Notes: a model not told the origin generated them from the sequence alone. DNA of 53,807 nucleotides from Candidatus Staskawiczbacteria bacterium RIFCSPHIGHO2_02_FULL_43_16 (GCA_001821935.1 MHOU01000008.1:1-53807), one strand, 5' to 3'. Counted from the stretch's first letter, positions 7,981 to 17,740 are shown. Made by a program: numbers and translations.

Positions 7981-8008
7981 AAAGAGCTTCATTGGGGGCT
8001 CTTTTTTC
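7981..8008 (+). terminator. Intrinsic terminator after the array
   Basis: AAAGAGCTTC-ATTG-GGGGCTCTTT followed by a T run. Confidence 0.75.
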
Positions 8009-8103
8009 TTGTAGAACTTTTGTGGTAGAATGGTTTTATGAAAAAAAAGTGGCGATTTTTATAGAGGGGCCACAAAGATATTTCAAAACATATTTCAAAA
8101 CAT

Positions 8104-8132
8104 TTGACAGTCATTTTTTAGAAGCATATAAT
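8104..8132 (+). promoter_or_regulatory. Consensus sigma-70 promoter (leaderless transcript)
   Basis: TTGACA-17 bp-TATAAT, ATG 6 nt downstream. Confidence 0.85.
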
Positions 8133-8138
8133 GAAAAT

Positions 8139-8387
8139 ATGTTAGATGATAAAGATATACAAAAATTAATAGAGGTATTTGCAACAAGAGAGGAAATTGT
8201 TACAAAACCGATGTTTGAAGAATTAAAGTCAAGTTTTAATGACCTGCAAACTTCGGTTGATGCTTATGCCGAAAAAGCGGATACATATTTCCAGGAAATG
8301 GCAATGTTGACCCTTAAGGTAAATAGGCATGAAAAGTGGTTGGAAAAAATGGCAGAAAAATTGGGGATGAAACTTGATTATTACTAA
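8139..8387 (+). CDS. Small coiled-coil hypothetical protein (82 aa)
   Basis: MLDDKDIQKLIEVFATREE...; own promoter and terminator (8404-8431). Confidence 0.7.
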   Translation: MLDDKDIQKLIEVFATREEIVTKPMFEELKSSFNDLQTSVDAYAEKADTYFQEMAMLTLKVNRHEKWLEKMAEKLGMKLDYY

Positions 8388-8515
8388 CATTATCAAGGCT
8401 ACAAAAAATCACCTTAACACGGTGATTTTTTGTGCATTTGACAGCAGGCAGTTTAACTGGTAATATTATTTTTAGTTGTAGATTTCACTGGCTAGTTTTC
8501 ATAAAGGAGTTGGGA

Positions 8516-8791
8516 ATGCGAAGTACCAGTACCGAGGCTGTTGTCTGCCCCATTGAAGGTAGTGATGGCCGTCACACGTGGCATCAGGTTGGTTTCGAAA
8601 TCAAGCCCGCTTGCAAATGTGGAATCGTGTTGTGCGGAGCCAATAGTCCGCAGCAAGGGGAATTCTACGCCCCCTGCAATCTTCCCAAAAACCATGATGG
8701 GCCGTGTGAATGCACCTGGCATCCTGAATTGGGCACTTGGGAAAAAACAACTCCCGCCAGGCACGAAACTGGCCAGTTAGTCGAAGTTTGA
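8516..8791 (+). CDS. Small Cys/His-rich hypothetical protein (91 aa)
   Basis: SD AAGGAG before ATG 8516; upstream TTGACA-17-TAATAT; terminator-like hairpin at 8808-8842. Confidence 0.55.
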   Translation: MRSTSTEAVVCPIEGSDGRHTWHQVGFEIKPACKCGIVLCGANSPQQGEFYAPCNLPKNHDGPCECTWHPELGTWEKTTPARHETGQLVEV

Positions 8792-8871
8792 TCTGTTGCG
8801 GATCAACCAAGGCGGCCCGAATTACCGTGGCCGCCTTTTTTCTTGGAAAAAATGTGTGGTAGAATACGGGT

Positions 8872-9594
8872 ATGAAACAAAAAGTCGCGATTTTTGATGT
8901 TGATGGCACGATTTTCCGATCCAGTTTATTAATAGAAGTGGTACGGGTTTTAATTGAAAATAAAATATTTCCGCAGAAAGTAAGGTTCACCTATGAAAAA
9001 AGTTACCAGGATTGGTTGGATAGAAAAGGCAGTTATGAAACCTATATTATGGATGTGGTTAAGGCTTTTGAGGGGAATTTGAAAATATTGGCCCACGATG
9101 ATTTTATGAGAGCGGTAAAACAGGTCATTGCTTTCCATAAAAACCGGACCTATGTTTACACGCGGGGCTTGATTGCCGATTTAAAAAAGAAAGGCTATTT
9201 TATTTTAGCCATTTCTCATTCGCCCAAAGAATTACTGGATGAGTTTTGTGCGCAGTGGGGGTTTGATAAGGTGTATGGCCGGGTGTATGAAGTGGGCAAG
9301 AACGGGAAATTTACCGGTGAAACATTATATAAAGAAGAAATTTCCGACAAGGCAAAAATTTTAAAGCGTTTTATTGAAAAGGCCACCGCCGTTGGCGGGG
9401 TCCCGTCCGAAGGCGGGAAAGGGTTGAGTTTGGCGGATTCCTATGGTGTGGGGGATTCGGAAAGTGATATTAAGTTTTTGACGTTTGTGGAAAACCCGAT
9501 TTGTTTTAACCCTAATGGTAAGCTGTATGAGCACGCCAAAAAGCATGGGTGGCAAATAGTCGTTGAGCGCAAAGATGTAATATATAATTTATAA
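8872..9594 (+). CDS. HAD-superfamily (IB, SerB-like) hydrolase
   Basis: FDVDGT motif I, GDSESD motif IV. Confidence 0.9.
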   Translation: MKQKVAIFDVDGTIFRSSLLIEVVRVLIENKIFPQKVRFTYEKSYQDWLDRKGSYETYIMDVVKAFEGNLKILAHDDFMRAVKQVIAFHKNRTYVYTRGLIADLKKKGYFILAISHSPKELLDEFCAQWGFDKVYGRVYEVGKNGKFTGETLYKEEISDKAKILKRFIEKATAVGGVPSEGGKGLSLADSYGVGDSESDIKFLTFVENPICFNPNGKLYEHAKKHGWQIVVERKDVIYNL

Positions 9595-9725
9595 ATCCAA
9601 AATACAAAATTACAAATCCCAAATAATACCAAAATCCAAACTTTTTAAATCCAAAACACTTTTTGAATTTTAAATTTCGAAGATTGTAATTTATTTGGAG
9701 CTTGTAATTTTGAATTTGTAATTTA
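9594..9725. repeat. Inverted cluster of heptamer-like units (AAATCCA/AAATTAC)
   Basis: AAATCCAAAATACAAAATTACAAATCCCAAATAA arm and complementary arm; near copy at 41056-41140. Confidence 0.65.
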
Positions 9726-9731
9726 ACTTTC

Positions 9732-10442
9732 ATGGACTTAAAAGGAAAAACCATCATCATTACTGGGGCGGCGCGGATTGGGAAGGAAGTGGCAAAACAA
9801 CTTAAAGAAAAAGGGGCGAATTTGGTGATAGCGTATTTCAGCGACCCGGCTGAGGCCGGGCCCCATGGCGCGGGTGTGCAGGCCGATGTTTCAAAAAAAG
9901 AAGATGTGGCACGGGTGGTGGCATTTGCCAAAGAAACATTTGGCCGAGTGGACGGGCTGGTGCATATGGCGGCCATTTATGAAAAATCGCCTTGGGAAGC
10001 GCTGGACGAAAAGCATTGGGACAAAAATATGAATGTCATGGCCAAAAGCACGTTTTTATTTGGCAAGATTTTGGGGGATGAACTTTTGAAAAATGATGGG
10101 GAAGTAAAGGGGAAGATGATTTTCTTTGCTGATTGGTCGGTGCTGGCTAGCCCATACAAAGATTACTTAGCTTATAATGCGGCCAAAAGCGCCGTGGTGG
10201 GGTTGACCAAGTCGTTTGCCAAGGAATTGGCTCCCGGAGTTTTGGTCAATGCCATTGCGCCCGGCCCCATGTTGCGGCCGCTGGATTTGACCGATGAAGA
10301 AAATGAAGAAGCCATGGCCGGCACGCCGCTTGCCCGCTGGGGCGGGGCGGATGAAATTGCTAAAGGGGTTTGCTATTTAATGGATGCCGATTTTGTGACG
10401 GGGCAAGTGCTGACGATTGACGGAGGGAGGAGTATTGCTTGA
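9732..10442 (+). CDS. Short-chain dehydrogenase/reductase (pteridine reductase-like)
   Basis: TGAARIG, YNAAK, VNAIAPG, DGG motifs. Confidence 0.9.
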   Translation: MDLKGKTIIITGAARIGKEVAKQLKEKGANLVIAYFSDPAEAGPHGAGVQADVSKKEDVARVVAFAKETFGRVDGLVHMAAIYEKSPWEALDEKHWDKNMNVMAKSTFLFGKILGDELLKNDGEVKGKMIFFADWSVLASPYKDYLAYNAAKSAVVGLTKSFAKELAPGVLVNAIAPGPMLRPLDLTDEENEEAMAGTPLARWGGADEIAKGVCYLMDADFVTGQVLTIDGGRSIA

Positions 10443-10607
10443 CGGATTTATTAAGATATTGCATAGCTATTGACACGCAAAACATAGCATGCTAACATTA
10501 CCTTACTTAGTAGAAGCGGGGTCGAGTTTCTCACGAGGTAAAATTTAAAAGTAACAACAGGTGGCAGGCGGCGGGTTAATCCCCAAAACCTAACACCTAA
10601 AATCTAG

Positions 10608-10805
10608 ATGACAGGTACAATCAAAACTCTGACAGAAAAAGGTTTTGGATTTATCGCCCGCGAAGGCGAAGCCAAGGATCTTTTCTTCCATTCAAATGAT
10701 TTGAATGGCGTAACCTTCACTGAATTGAAAGTTGGCGATGTAGTCAACTTCGATGTTGAAGAAGGTCCAAAAGGACCTAGCGCAAAAAACGTAACACGCG
10801 CTTAG
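10608..10805 (+). CDS. cspA: Cold-shock protein
   Basis: KGFGFI and DLFFH RNP motifs; terminator at 10816-10843. Confidence 0.92.
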   Translation: MTGTIKTLTEKGFGFIAREGEAKDLFFHSNDLNGVTFTELKVGDVVNFDVEEGPKGPSAKNVTRA

Positions 10806-10887
10806 TTAGTAATAAAAGCCGCGCCCTGTCGGGCGCGGCTTTTATGTTGTTGCAAAAAACCGCCACCAGTGAGATAATGTATATATT

Positions 10888-11664
10888 ATGGCCATACAGC
10901 GCAGAAGGTCAAATTTATATACACCGGGATTAGATGCTCCTTTCAATGTCAGCAGGTCAAAAATCGCGCTCTTCTTGGAATGCCCACAATGTTTTTGGCT
11001 GGACCGGCGGCTGGGGATTTCCCGGCCAGACATGCCCGGCTGGTCGCTTAACAGTGCGGTGGACACCTTGCTAAAAAACGAATTTGATTTACTGCGTGAA
11101 AAAAAAGAACCGCACCGGCTGATGCTGTTTCACCGCATAGACGCTGTTCCATTCAATCACCCCGATTTCCACATTTGGCGGGATGATCATGGTAAGCGCA
11201 TCGGGGCTTCTGTCTTACACAAAAAAACTAATTTGAATATTTGTGGTATCATTGATGATATCTGGCAAAACACGCAAACCGGGCAGCTGCACATTGTAGA
11301 TTACAAATCCACCAGCACCGATTACCGAATTTCCCTGGACGGCAAGTACAAAGATGGCTATAAAAAACAGATGGAAGTATACCAGTGGATTTTCAAACAG
11401 ATGGGCTTTGAGGTTGCGCCCGCCGGTTATTTCTTGTTTGCCAATGCCGTAAAAAACCGGCCGGGTTTTCATGGCAAATTGGAATTTGAGAGTTCTATTT
11501 TAGAGCACGTTGGCGATGATTTATGGATTGAACCTGTTTTGCTGGATATTAAAAAATCCCTTGATAGCGATCACATTCCCGAACCGGGGCCGCAATGTCA
11601 GCATTGCGCTTACCGCAAATTAATCAACCAAGCAAAATTAAAAACACAAATCAGTTTAATTTAA
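10888..11664 (+). CDS. PD-(D/E)XK nuclease family protein (Cas4/AddB-like, 4 Cys)
   Basis: CPQC, GIIDD, VDYKST, QMEVY, CQHC. Confidence 0.85.
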   Translation: MAIQRRRSNLYTPGLDAPFNVSRSKIALFLECPQCFWLDRRLGISRPDMPGWSLNSAVDTLLKNEFDLLREKKEPHRLMLFHRIDAVPFNHPDFHIWRDDHGKRIGASVLHKKTNLNICGIIDDIWQNTQTGQLHIVDYKSTSTDYRISLDGKYKDGYKKQMEVYQWIFKQMGFEVAPAGYFLFANAVKNRPGFHGKLEFESSILEHVGDDLWIEPVLLDIKKSLDSDHIPEPGPQCQHCAYRKLINQAKLKTQISLI

Positions 11665-11668
11665 AAAC

Positions 11669-12064
11669 ATGGATGAAAAGTTAAAGTGGGGGATAATAAC
11701 CATTATCATAATTTCAGTCATTGCGGGCGGGTTTTTCGTTCTGCAAAACATCCAGCATGCCAAAGCGGTAAAGCTTCAACAGTTTGCCACGTGCTTGAAA
11801 GATAGTGGCGCGGTTTTTTACGGGGCGTTTTGGTGTTCACATTGCCAGAACCAAAAAGCCATGTTTAATACCTTATTTGAAAGCGCTGTGGATAAACTGC
11901 CTTACATTGAATGCTCAACGCCTGATACCAACGGTCAGCTGGAAATTTGCAAAACAGAAAAAATAGACACGTATCCAACCTGGAAATTCGCCGACGGTTC
12001 GGTTGAAACCGGAGAAGTTTCTTTGCAAAAACTTTCACAGAAAACTAATTGTCCGTTGCCATAG
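11669..12064 (+). CDS. Thioredoxin-like membrane-anchored protein
   Basis: FYGAFWCSHC, YIEC, YPTW. Confidence 0.8.
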   Translation: MDEKLKWGIITIIIISVIAGGFFVLQNIQHAKAVKLQQFATCLKDSGAVFYGAFWCSHCQNQKAMFNTLFESAVDKLPYIECSTPDTNGQLEICKTEKIDTYPTWKFADGSVETGEVSLQKLSQKTNCPLP

Positions 12065-12066
12065 TT

Positions 12067-12609
12067 ATGGATTTACTGTTTATCGTCAATAAAAAACTTG
12101 CTATTGAAACGGTACTGGCCCAGCTGTTTATTGTTTGGGCTTTGGTGTATCTGTTTTTTTTGCGTAATAAGCACCGTACGATAACAGATTTTTTAGGAAA
12201 ATATGGAATTGCGTTTGCGTTTTTGATTTCTTTTACGGCAACCGCCGGCAGTTTATTTTATTCAAACGTGGCGGGGTATGCGCCATGTTACCTGTGCTGG
12301 TGGCAGAGGATTTTCATGTATCCACTGGTGATTATCACCGGTTTGGCTTTGTTAAAACGCGACCGGCGCGCCGTAGATTATATTCTTTCGCTTGCGGTGA
12401 TTGGGTTCGGTATTTCCCTTTGGCACAATTTCATTTACTACTACAATGGAGGGTTAAGTGTGTTTTGTGATTTAGGCGCCGGCCAGGTTTCTTGCGTGAA
12501 GCGCTATGTGTTTGAATTGGGTTATGTGACCATTCCCATGATGGCGCTGACGGCGTTTGCCCTGATTATTACCCTTACCATTTTTGTAAAATTAAAAGAT
12601 AAATCATAA
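12067..12609 (+). CDS. Disulfide bond formation protein DsbB/BdbC family
   Basis: GSLFYS..PCYLCWWQRIFMYP. Confidence 0.88.
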   Translation: MDLLFIVNKKLAIETVLAQLFIVWALVYLFFLRNKHRTITDFLGKYGIAFAFLISFTATAGSLFYSNVAGYAPCYLCWWQRIFMYPLVIITGLALLKRDRRAVDYILSLAVIGFGISLWHNFIYYYNGGLSVFCDLGAGQVSCVKRYVFELGYVTIPMMALTAFALIITLTIFVKLKDKS

Positions 12610-12612
12610 ACC

Positions 12613-12912
12613 ATGTCAGATATTTTAGATATCGACGGTTACAAAATCGGTAGCATTTCAGAGGACGGCAAAGTGCATAACAAAAAAGGTTATGCTATTG
12701 GCCGTGTCTCTATTGACGGTAATGTTTTTAACGCTTCAGGTGGCAAGGTTGGCACATTTAAGCCGGACGGCCATGTTTATAAAATGGGCGAATATGTGGG
12801 TGATGTCAAAACCGACGGCAAGGTATACGATAATGACGAAGATTATGTGGGAAGGGTGAAGGGTGAACACATTATTTCAGGCGGGGCGGCGCTGTTACTG
12901 TTGATTATTTAG
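12613..12912 (+). CDS. Hypothetical protein with G-x-V-x-x-DG-x-V repeats
   Basis: Repeated IG/VG..DG.V units. Confidence 0.6.
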   Translation: MSDILDIDGYKIGSISEDGKVHNKKGYAIGRVSIDGNVFNASGGKVGTFKPDGHVYKMGEYVGDVKTDGKVYDNDEDYVGRVKGEHIISGGAALLLLII

Positions 12913-12987
12913 TGCGCCATGCTTGACAGGTTTTCTTTTATTTTTTACCGTGGTATAATGATTCTAATATAATAATTATTATTTTAT

Positions 12988-13368
12988 ATGTCTAAACAAC
13001 ATAAAGACGATTCCAATCCCTATGGAGCAGAGCTCATTATAGATTTGCATGAATGTGATCTGGATGGGCTGGTTAATAAAGAAAAATTAACCGAATTTTT
13101 TGTGACGTTATGCGAAAAAATTGACATGAAGCGGCACGGCGATCCGTTACTTTGGGAAGACTACAGCGATCTACCGCACTTAAACGGGGTTTCCGCCATG
13201 CAATTCATTGAAACCAGCACCATTGTCTGTCATCCGCTCCCTATGCTGGGGTCGGTGTATGTAAACATCTTTTCCTGCAAAGAGTTTGATTACAATATGG
13301 CCTTAGAATTTTGCAAAGGTTTTTGGCGCGCCAAAAAAGAGGTGCATACCTTGGTAGTGAGAACCTAG
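12988..13368 (+). CDS. speD: S-adenosylmethionine decarboxylase-family proenzyme
   Basis: ELIIDLHEC, GVSAMQFIETSTIVCH, VNIFSCKEFD. Confidence 0.75.
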   Translation: MSKQHKDDSNPYGAELIIDLHECDLDGLVNKEKLTEFFVTLCEKIDMKRHGDPLLWEDYSDLPHLNGVSAMQFIETSTIVCHPLPMLGSVYVNIFSCKEFDYNMALEFCKGFWRAKKEVHTLVVRT

Positions 13369-13371
13369 TTT

Positions 13372-13689
13372 ATGAACTTTTTTTATCAAATTTTATTCGT
13401 ACTTATTACAACCGGTTTTTTTGTAGCCGGAAATACCATTACCGCCCATTGGGCCAGAACCAATCAACAATGGCTTTGGATTCCAATTTTTTTGTGCGCC
13501 GCCATTGGGTACATGCTTTTCGGGTTATTGATAAGGCAAACCAATTTCTCTGTTTCCGTGGGACTAGTGGACGCCCTTTTGGTTGTTATCTCTATTGCTA
13601 TCGGAGTTTTTATTTTAAAAGATACAGTTAATATTCAGCAAATGATAGGACTTGCGTTTGCTTGTTTGGCTGTAATACTTCTTGTCTAG
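13372..13689 (+). CDS. SMR/DMT-type 4-TM small transporter
   Basis: 105 aa, four hydrophobic helices. Confidence 0.65.
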   Translation: MNFFYQILFVLITTGFFVAGNTITAHWARTNQQWLWIPIFLCAAIGYMLFGLLIRQTNFSVSVGLVDALLVVISIAIGVFILKDTVNIQQMIGLAFACLAVILLV

Positions 13690-13726
13690 TCTTGCGTATC
13701 AAAAATATAGTATAATAAATAATAAA

Positions 13727-14566
13727 ATGTCTAACGGATTACTTTTACACAGAATATTCATTGCCTTAATGTCGCTGGTGTACCTTTTCTTCATCGGTTG
13801 GTTTTTAAAGTTGTGGCTTAACGGACAAACCCAGGGTGTAGAAAACTTATGGACTAATTTTTATGGAATTATTCCTCTGGCTGGCGGAATCTATGGTTTG
13901 GTCATTTCCCGTCATTGGGGCGGATTAAAAAGCAGTGTCGGGCGTGCAGTGGTGTTTCTTTCCCTGGGATTGGTAACGTGGGGAATTGGCATAGCCATAT
14001 GGATTTTTTATAACCTGGTGCTTGGCACAGAAGTCCCCTACCCCTCTTGGGCCGATGCCGGATTTATTTTGAGCTGGCCACTGTGGGGCATGGGGGCTGT
14101 TTATCTGTCACGGGCCACGGGCGCTCAATTCGGACTTAAAAATAAAGGCGGAAAATTGGTTCTTTTTATTGTACCGGTTGTTATTATCGGGTTTTCTTAT
14201 TATTTTCTGGTTACGGTTGCCCGGGGAGGGATTTTGCTGGACTTGTCTGAATGGAGCTTATTGAAAATCTTTTTCGATTTGGCGTATCCGATTGGCGATA
14301 TTGTTATTCTGACGCTTGCAATGCTGGTGTATGGCCTTTCGTATAAATACTTTGGAGGGAAATATCGTTACGCCATTTATCTCATTCTCTTGGCATTTGC
14401 GTTTAACTATCTGGCTGACTTTACCTTTTCTTATACCACCACCATTGAAAGCTATTATAATGGAAGTTTGGCGGATGCCCTGTTCGCAACAACCATGTTT
14501 ACTTTGTCGGCAGGCATTGCCATGCTCAACCCAGCCGTTCTGCGCAATAAAAAAGAAAATAGTTAA
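13727..14566 (+). CDS. Multi-TM membrane sensor-like protein
   Basis: VPYPSWAD and AYPIGD motifs; 7-8 TM. Confidence 0.65.
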   Translation: MSNGLLLHRIFIALMSLVYLFFIGWFLKLWLNGQTQGVENLWTNFYGIIPLAGGIYGLVISRHWGGLKSSVGRAVVFLSLGLVTWGIGIAIWIFYNLVLGTEVPYPSWADAGFILSWPLWGMGAVYLSRATGAQFGLKNKGGKLVLFIVPVVIIGFSYYFLVTVARGGILLDLSEWSLLKIFFDLAYPIGDIVILTLAMLVYGLSYKYFGGKYRYAIYLILLAFAFNYLADFTFSYTTTIESYYNGSLADALFATTMFTLSAGIAMLNPAVLRNKKENS

Positions 14567-14571
14567 AACCC

Positions 14572-14868
14572 ATGTCATTTTTTGATCAAATAGCTATAAG
14601 GATCATCAAAGAACAGGAGCTTATTATTGGTCCGGTTGCTTGGGATGAAGCAAAAAAAGTTTCGGGCCTTCAAATGACTGGTTTAAACCATACCGAAATT
14701 AGTGTTCAAAATGGTGATCCTAAGGTAGTAATCAATAAGCTGGTAGAGCAATATGAAAATATTTTCGGCAAAGCTTCCCACGAAGTTTGCAAAGAGGCGG
14801 TGCAGGATTTGATTGCGGAAATGCCGGACGACCAGATTCCTTCAAGTTTGAAGCAACGGGCCCAATAA
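14572..14868 (+). CDS. Conserved hypothetical protein
   Basis: IIKEQELIIGPVA motif; co-oriented with the sensor gene. Confidence 0.6.
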   Translation: MSFFDQIAIRIIKEQELIIGPVAWDEAKKVSGLQMTGLNHTEISVQNGDPKVVINKLVEQYENIFGKASHEVCKEAVQDLIAEMPDDQIPSSLKQRAQ

Positions 14869-14974
14869 TTTGATATTAGTTGGCGAGGCCTCTTGGCGAG
14901 GCTTTTTGCATAAATATAATTTGACAAAGGTATTTTATATGTGTTAATATAGTAAACAAGAAAGGAGGTGGTGC

Positions 14975-15364
14975 ATGAAAAGGACTTTATTCCTTCTCAA
15001 GCCTGACTTTTTCGAGAAAGAACTTTGGCAAGAGTTTCTGGATGTCTTAAAAACGCACAACTTGGTGGTTGAATGCGATTTCTATGTCACGCTGGCAACC
15101 CTTGATGACGTGAAGGATCTTTATCAATGGGAAACCTTGTGGAACATAGAAATGATGATCCAGTACTGGTGCCAACAGCCTCATCGTGTCTTAGTGGTTA
15201 AGGCGAGGAATGCCGTACAAAAAGCCCATCAGGTCAAAAAGTTTTTCCGCTCTAAGTATTGCAACGAGTGTCATGTGATGTATACGCTTATACATTGTCC
15301 TGACACCTTCAAGGATTTTCAGAGGGAAATTAACTTTTTGATGGGCAAAAAGCTGGTGCAATAG
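14975..15364 (+). CDS. Nucleoside-diphosphate kinase-like protein (divergent)
   Basis: RTLFLLKPD N-terminus and IHCPD phospho-His motif; own TTGACA promoter, SD and hairpin. Confidence 0.65.
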   Translation: MKRTLFLLKPDFFEKELWQEFLDVLKTHNLVVECDFYVTLATLDDVKDLYQWETLWNIEMMIQYWCQQPHRVLVVKARNAVQKAHQVKKFFRSKYCNECHVMYTLIHCPDTFKDFQREINFLMGKKLVQ

Positions 15365-15408
15365 CATATCGGGGAGAACTACTGCACCAGTTCTCCTTAC
15401 TTAAATTT

Positions 15409-16695
15409 ATGAAAGGTATTTTCTATTTAACTTTTAACGGAGTTGTAAATAATACTAACGGCATAGGAACTCAAACAAAACTATTATTAGATGGTTTTGA
15501 TTTTTTTTACGATAAGTTTAAGGAAAGATATGGTGATATTTTTTTGAATATTATTACACCAGATTATCCCGAAAACTACGAAGGTTATTCAAGGGATCAT
15601 GTTAATTTTTCAAAAGAAAAAGTAAATAGATTGGGAGGAAAGATATTTTTTTGTAAAGATTCAAAAACTGTTAAAGATTTTTGGACACCAGAATATTGGG
15701 ATGATTTATCAAAAGAGGCCTGTGAAATTATTAAAAGAGAGATGGTTAAATACGATGATATTCTGGTGATATGTGTTGATATGCCATTTCTTCAAATGCC
15801 GATTTATTTTGAGAATAAATATGGCAAGGTCAATAATATCAAATGGCTTTTATCGCCTTATGGCAGTTCCTATATACATGATAAAAATGCAATAAGTAAT
15901 AAGCGACTGGCTTGGGAGTTTGTGGGAATGTCAGCTTTACGGCTCAATAAAAATGTATATCTTGGCACAGTTTGTGATTTTATGAGTAATCACTGGGTTG
16001 AATACTATGGTGCGCCAAAAGATAAGTTTGCGCCTTATGAATCGAGCTTATTTTTACAAAGTAAGGATTTTGAGAAATTAAATAGTAAAGAAATTGAGGA
16101 CGTCCTTGTGCAATATAAAATACCAATAGATAAGGATATTGTATTTTGTTTTGGCAGAGGAGTATGGATTAAAGGTTTTGATATGGTGCTTAACGCCCTT
16201 CAATTTACTAAAAAAGATTTTCATTTGGTTATGATATCCGTTCCGACACAAAGCGAAATAAATGAGTATGGAGCGTATTTAGAAATGCTGAAAAAGGCTA
16301 AATATTCTTATACGATTATTCCCAAATTCTCAAGAATTTTACCAAAAGCTTTGTGCCAGTGGCGTAAAACAAGAATAGTTGTATGTCCATCAAGAGGAGA
16401 ACCTTTTTCCAATATTCCCCTTGAAACAGCAATTTGGGCGAAAGATAGTGGACCTATTGTTTTGGCTTCGAATATAGATGGATTTCTTGAGCAAATTAAA
16501 AGTGGATTTAATGGTTATTTGTTTAAGATCGAATCTCCTTCTGATTTAGCCAAGAATATCGATTCTGTCCTTTTCCTGAAGGCAAACACTTTAAAGAAAA
16601 TACGAAATAATGCCTATAATAAAGTTGTAAAAGAAAGAAATTTCTTCGCTAACATAAAAGATACGCTAGATTATTTTTGGAATCATAAAAAGTAA
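15409..16695 (+). CDS. Glycosyltransferase family 4
   Basis: FGR..KGFD, PSRGEPFSNIPLE, NGYLF. Confidence 0.85.
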   Translation: MKGIFYLTFNGVVNNTNGIGTQTKLLLDGFDFFYDKFKERYGDIFLNIITPDYPENYEGYSRDHVNFSKEKVNRLGGKIFFCKDSKTVKDFWTPEYWDDLSKEACEIIKREMVKYDDILVICVDMPFLQMPIYFENKYGKVNNIKWLLSPYGSSYIHDKNAISNKRLAWEFVGMSALRLNKNVYLGTVCDFMSNHWVEYYGAPKDKFAPYESSLFLQSKDFEKLNSKEIEDVLVQYKIPIDKDIVFCFGRGVWIKGFDMVLNALQFTKKDFHLVMISVPTQSEINEYGAYLEMLKKAKYSYTIIPKFSRILPKALCQWRKTRIVVCPSRGEPFSNIPLETAIWAKDSGPIVLASNIDGFLEQIKSGFNGYLFKIESPSDLAKNIDSVLFLKANTLKKIRNNAYNKVVKERNFFANIKDTLDYFWNHKK

Positions 16696-16756
16696 GAGTA
16701 ATTTTTGAAAAGTGCTATAATTAAAAAGCTTAAAATTAATAATATAATATAAAAAT

Positions 16757-17206
16757 ATGACATTTAGAACTTTAGCTCGCGTAGTAGTCTACGATATAAA
16801 TTCCCAAAGGATTTTATTAATTCGAAATAAAAACACTGATTTTTGGTATGTTCCCGGTGGTGGATGGGAATACGAAAAAGAAAATATCTTAGAATGTGGA
16901 GTCCGTGAAGTAAAAGAAGAGACAGGCCTTGATGTTGTGACTGATAAGTTTATGTATCTTAGAGAATATCACGAATCACCAGAAAAAATATTTTTTGAAA
17001 CTTTTTGGTTAGCGCACCCTAAAAACACTGTTGACTTAAATAAGGATCACGTGGATATGGATCTTAATGGAAAGGTAGAAGAAGCTAAATGGTTTACCCA
17101 GCAGGAATTGTTGAGATTAACTATTTTTCCTGAATTTTTAAAGAATAAGTTTTGGTCTGATGTAGAAAAAATAGGCAGTGATGAGGATAGATTCATTGGC
17201 TTTTAA
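16757..17206 (+). CDS. NUDIX hydrolase
   Basis: PGGG...REVKEETG Nudix box. Confidence 0.92.
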   Translation: MTFRTLARVVVYDINSQRILLIRNKNTDFWYVPGGGWEYEKENILECGVREVKEETGLDVVTDKFMYLREYHESPEKIFFETFWLAHPKNTVDLNKDHVDMDLNGKVEEAKWFTQQELLRLTIFPEFLKNKFWSDVEKIGSDEDRFIGF

Positions 17207-17211
17207 TTATT

Positions 17212-17736
17212 ATGGATATAACTGATATTGCTGAATTGTCTCTGACAAACAAAGAGGTAACTTCAATTAAAGATGTCATAGCTAGTTTGGTTAAACATAA
17301 AGATGATACAGAATGGTCAGCAAAAACTACCCATTTTGCAATAGATCATATTAAGGAATTTGAAAACGAATATAGTGGTGGTTGTGTAAAAGGATTATTG
17401 GGCAAAGAACACTTCTTAAATATAGTGTTACCCTTTCATGGTCATATGGAAGATTTTACGACGGGTATATTATTATTTCCCGACAACGTTTCAGTAAAAG
17501 AGGCTCTGGAATACTATAAAAAACCTGATCCAAGATATACTAAAAGTTGTTTTGATTATATATTACTTTTAAAAGATCAAATAAAAAACAAGGGTTTCAC
17601 CAGTGAGATAATCATAGAGCTTTTTGATGGTAAATTAAGACATATTGATGGATTGCACAGAATGATTGCATTAAGTCTTCTTTTGGAAGATAGTTATGAG
17701 TACAAGCCAATCCCTGTTTATATTCTTATAAGATAA
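17212..17736 (+). CDS. Hypothetical protein with ParB/Srx-like motif
   Basis: HIDGLHRMIAL near the C-terminus. Confidence 0.55.
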   Translation: MDITDIAELSLTNKEVTSIKDVIASLVKHKDDTEWSAKTTHFAIDHIKEFENEYSGGCVKGLLGKEHFLNIVLPFHGHMEDFTTGILLFPDNVSVKEALEYYKKPDPRYTKSCFDYILLLKDQIKNKGFTSEIIIELFDGKLRHIDGLHRMIALSLLLEDSYEYKPIPVYILIR

Positions 17737-17740
17737 AATT

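Noticed and set aside
7869-8138. N-terminal extension of the 172-aa ORF
   Set aside because: Runs through the array end and terminator; a consensus promoter points to ATG 8139
10888-11664. Cas4-like nuclease as part of the CRISPR locus
   Set aside because: About 3 kb away, separated by unrelated genes; such solo nucleases are common
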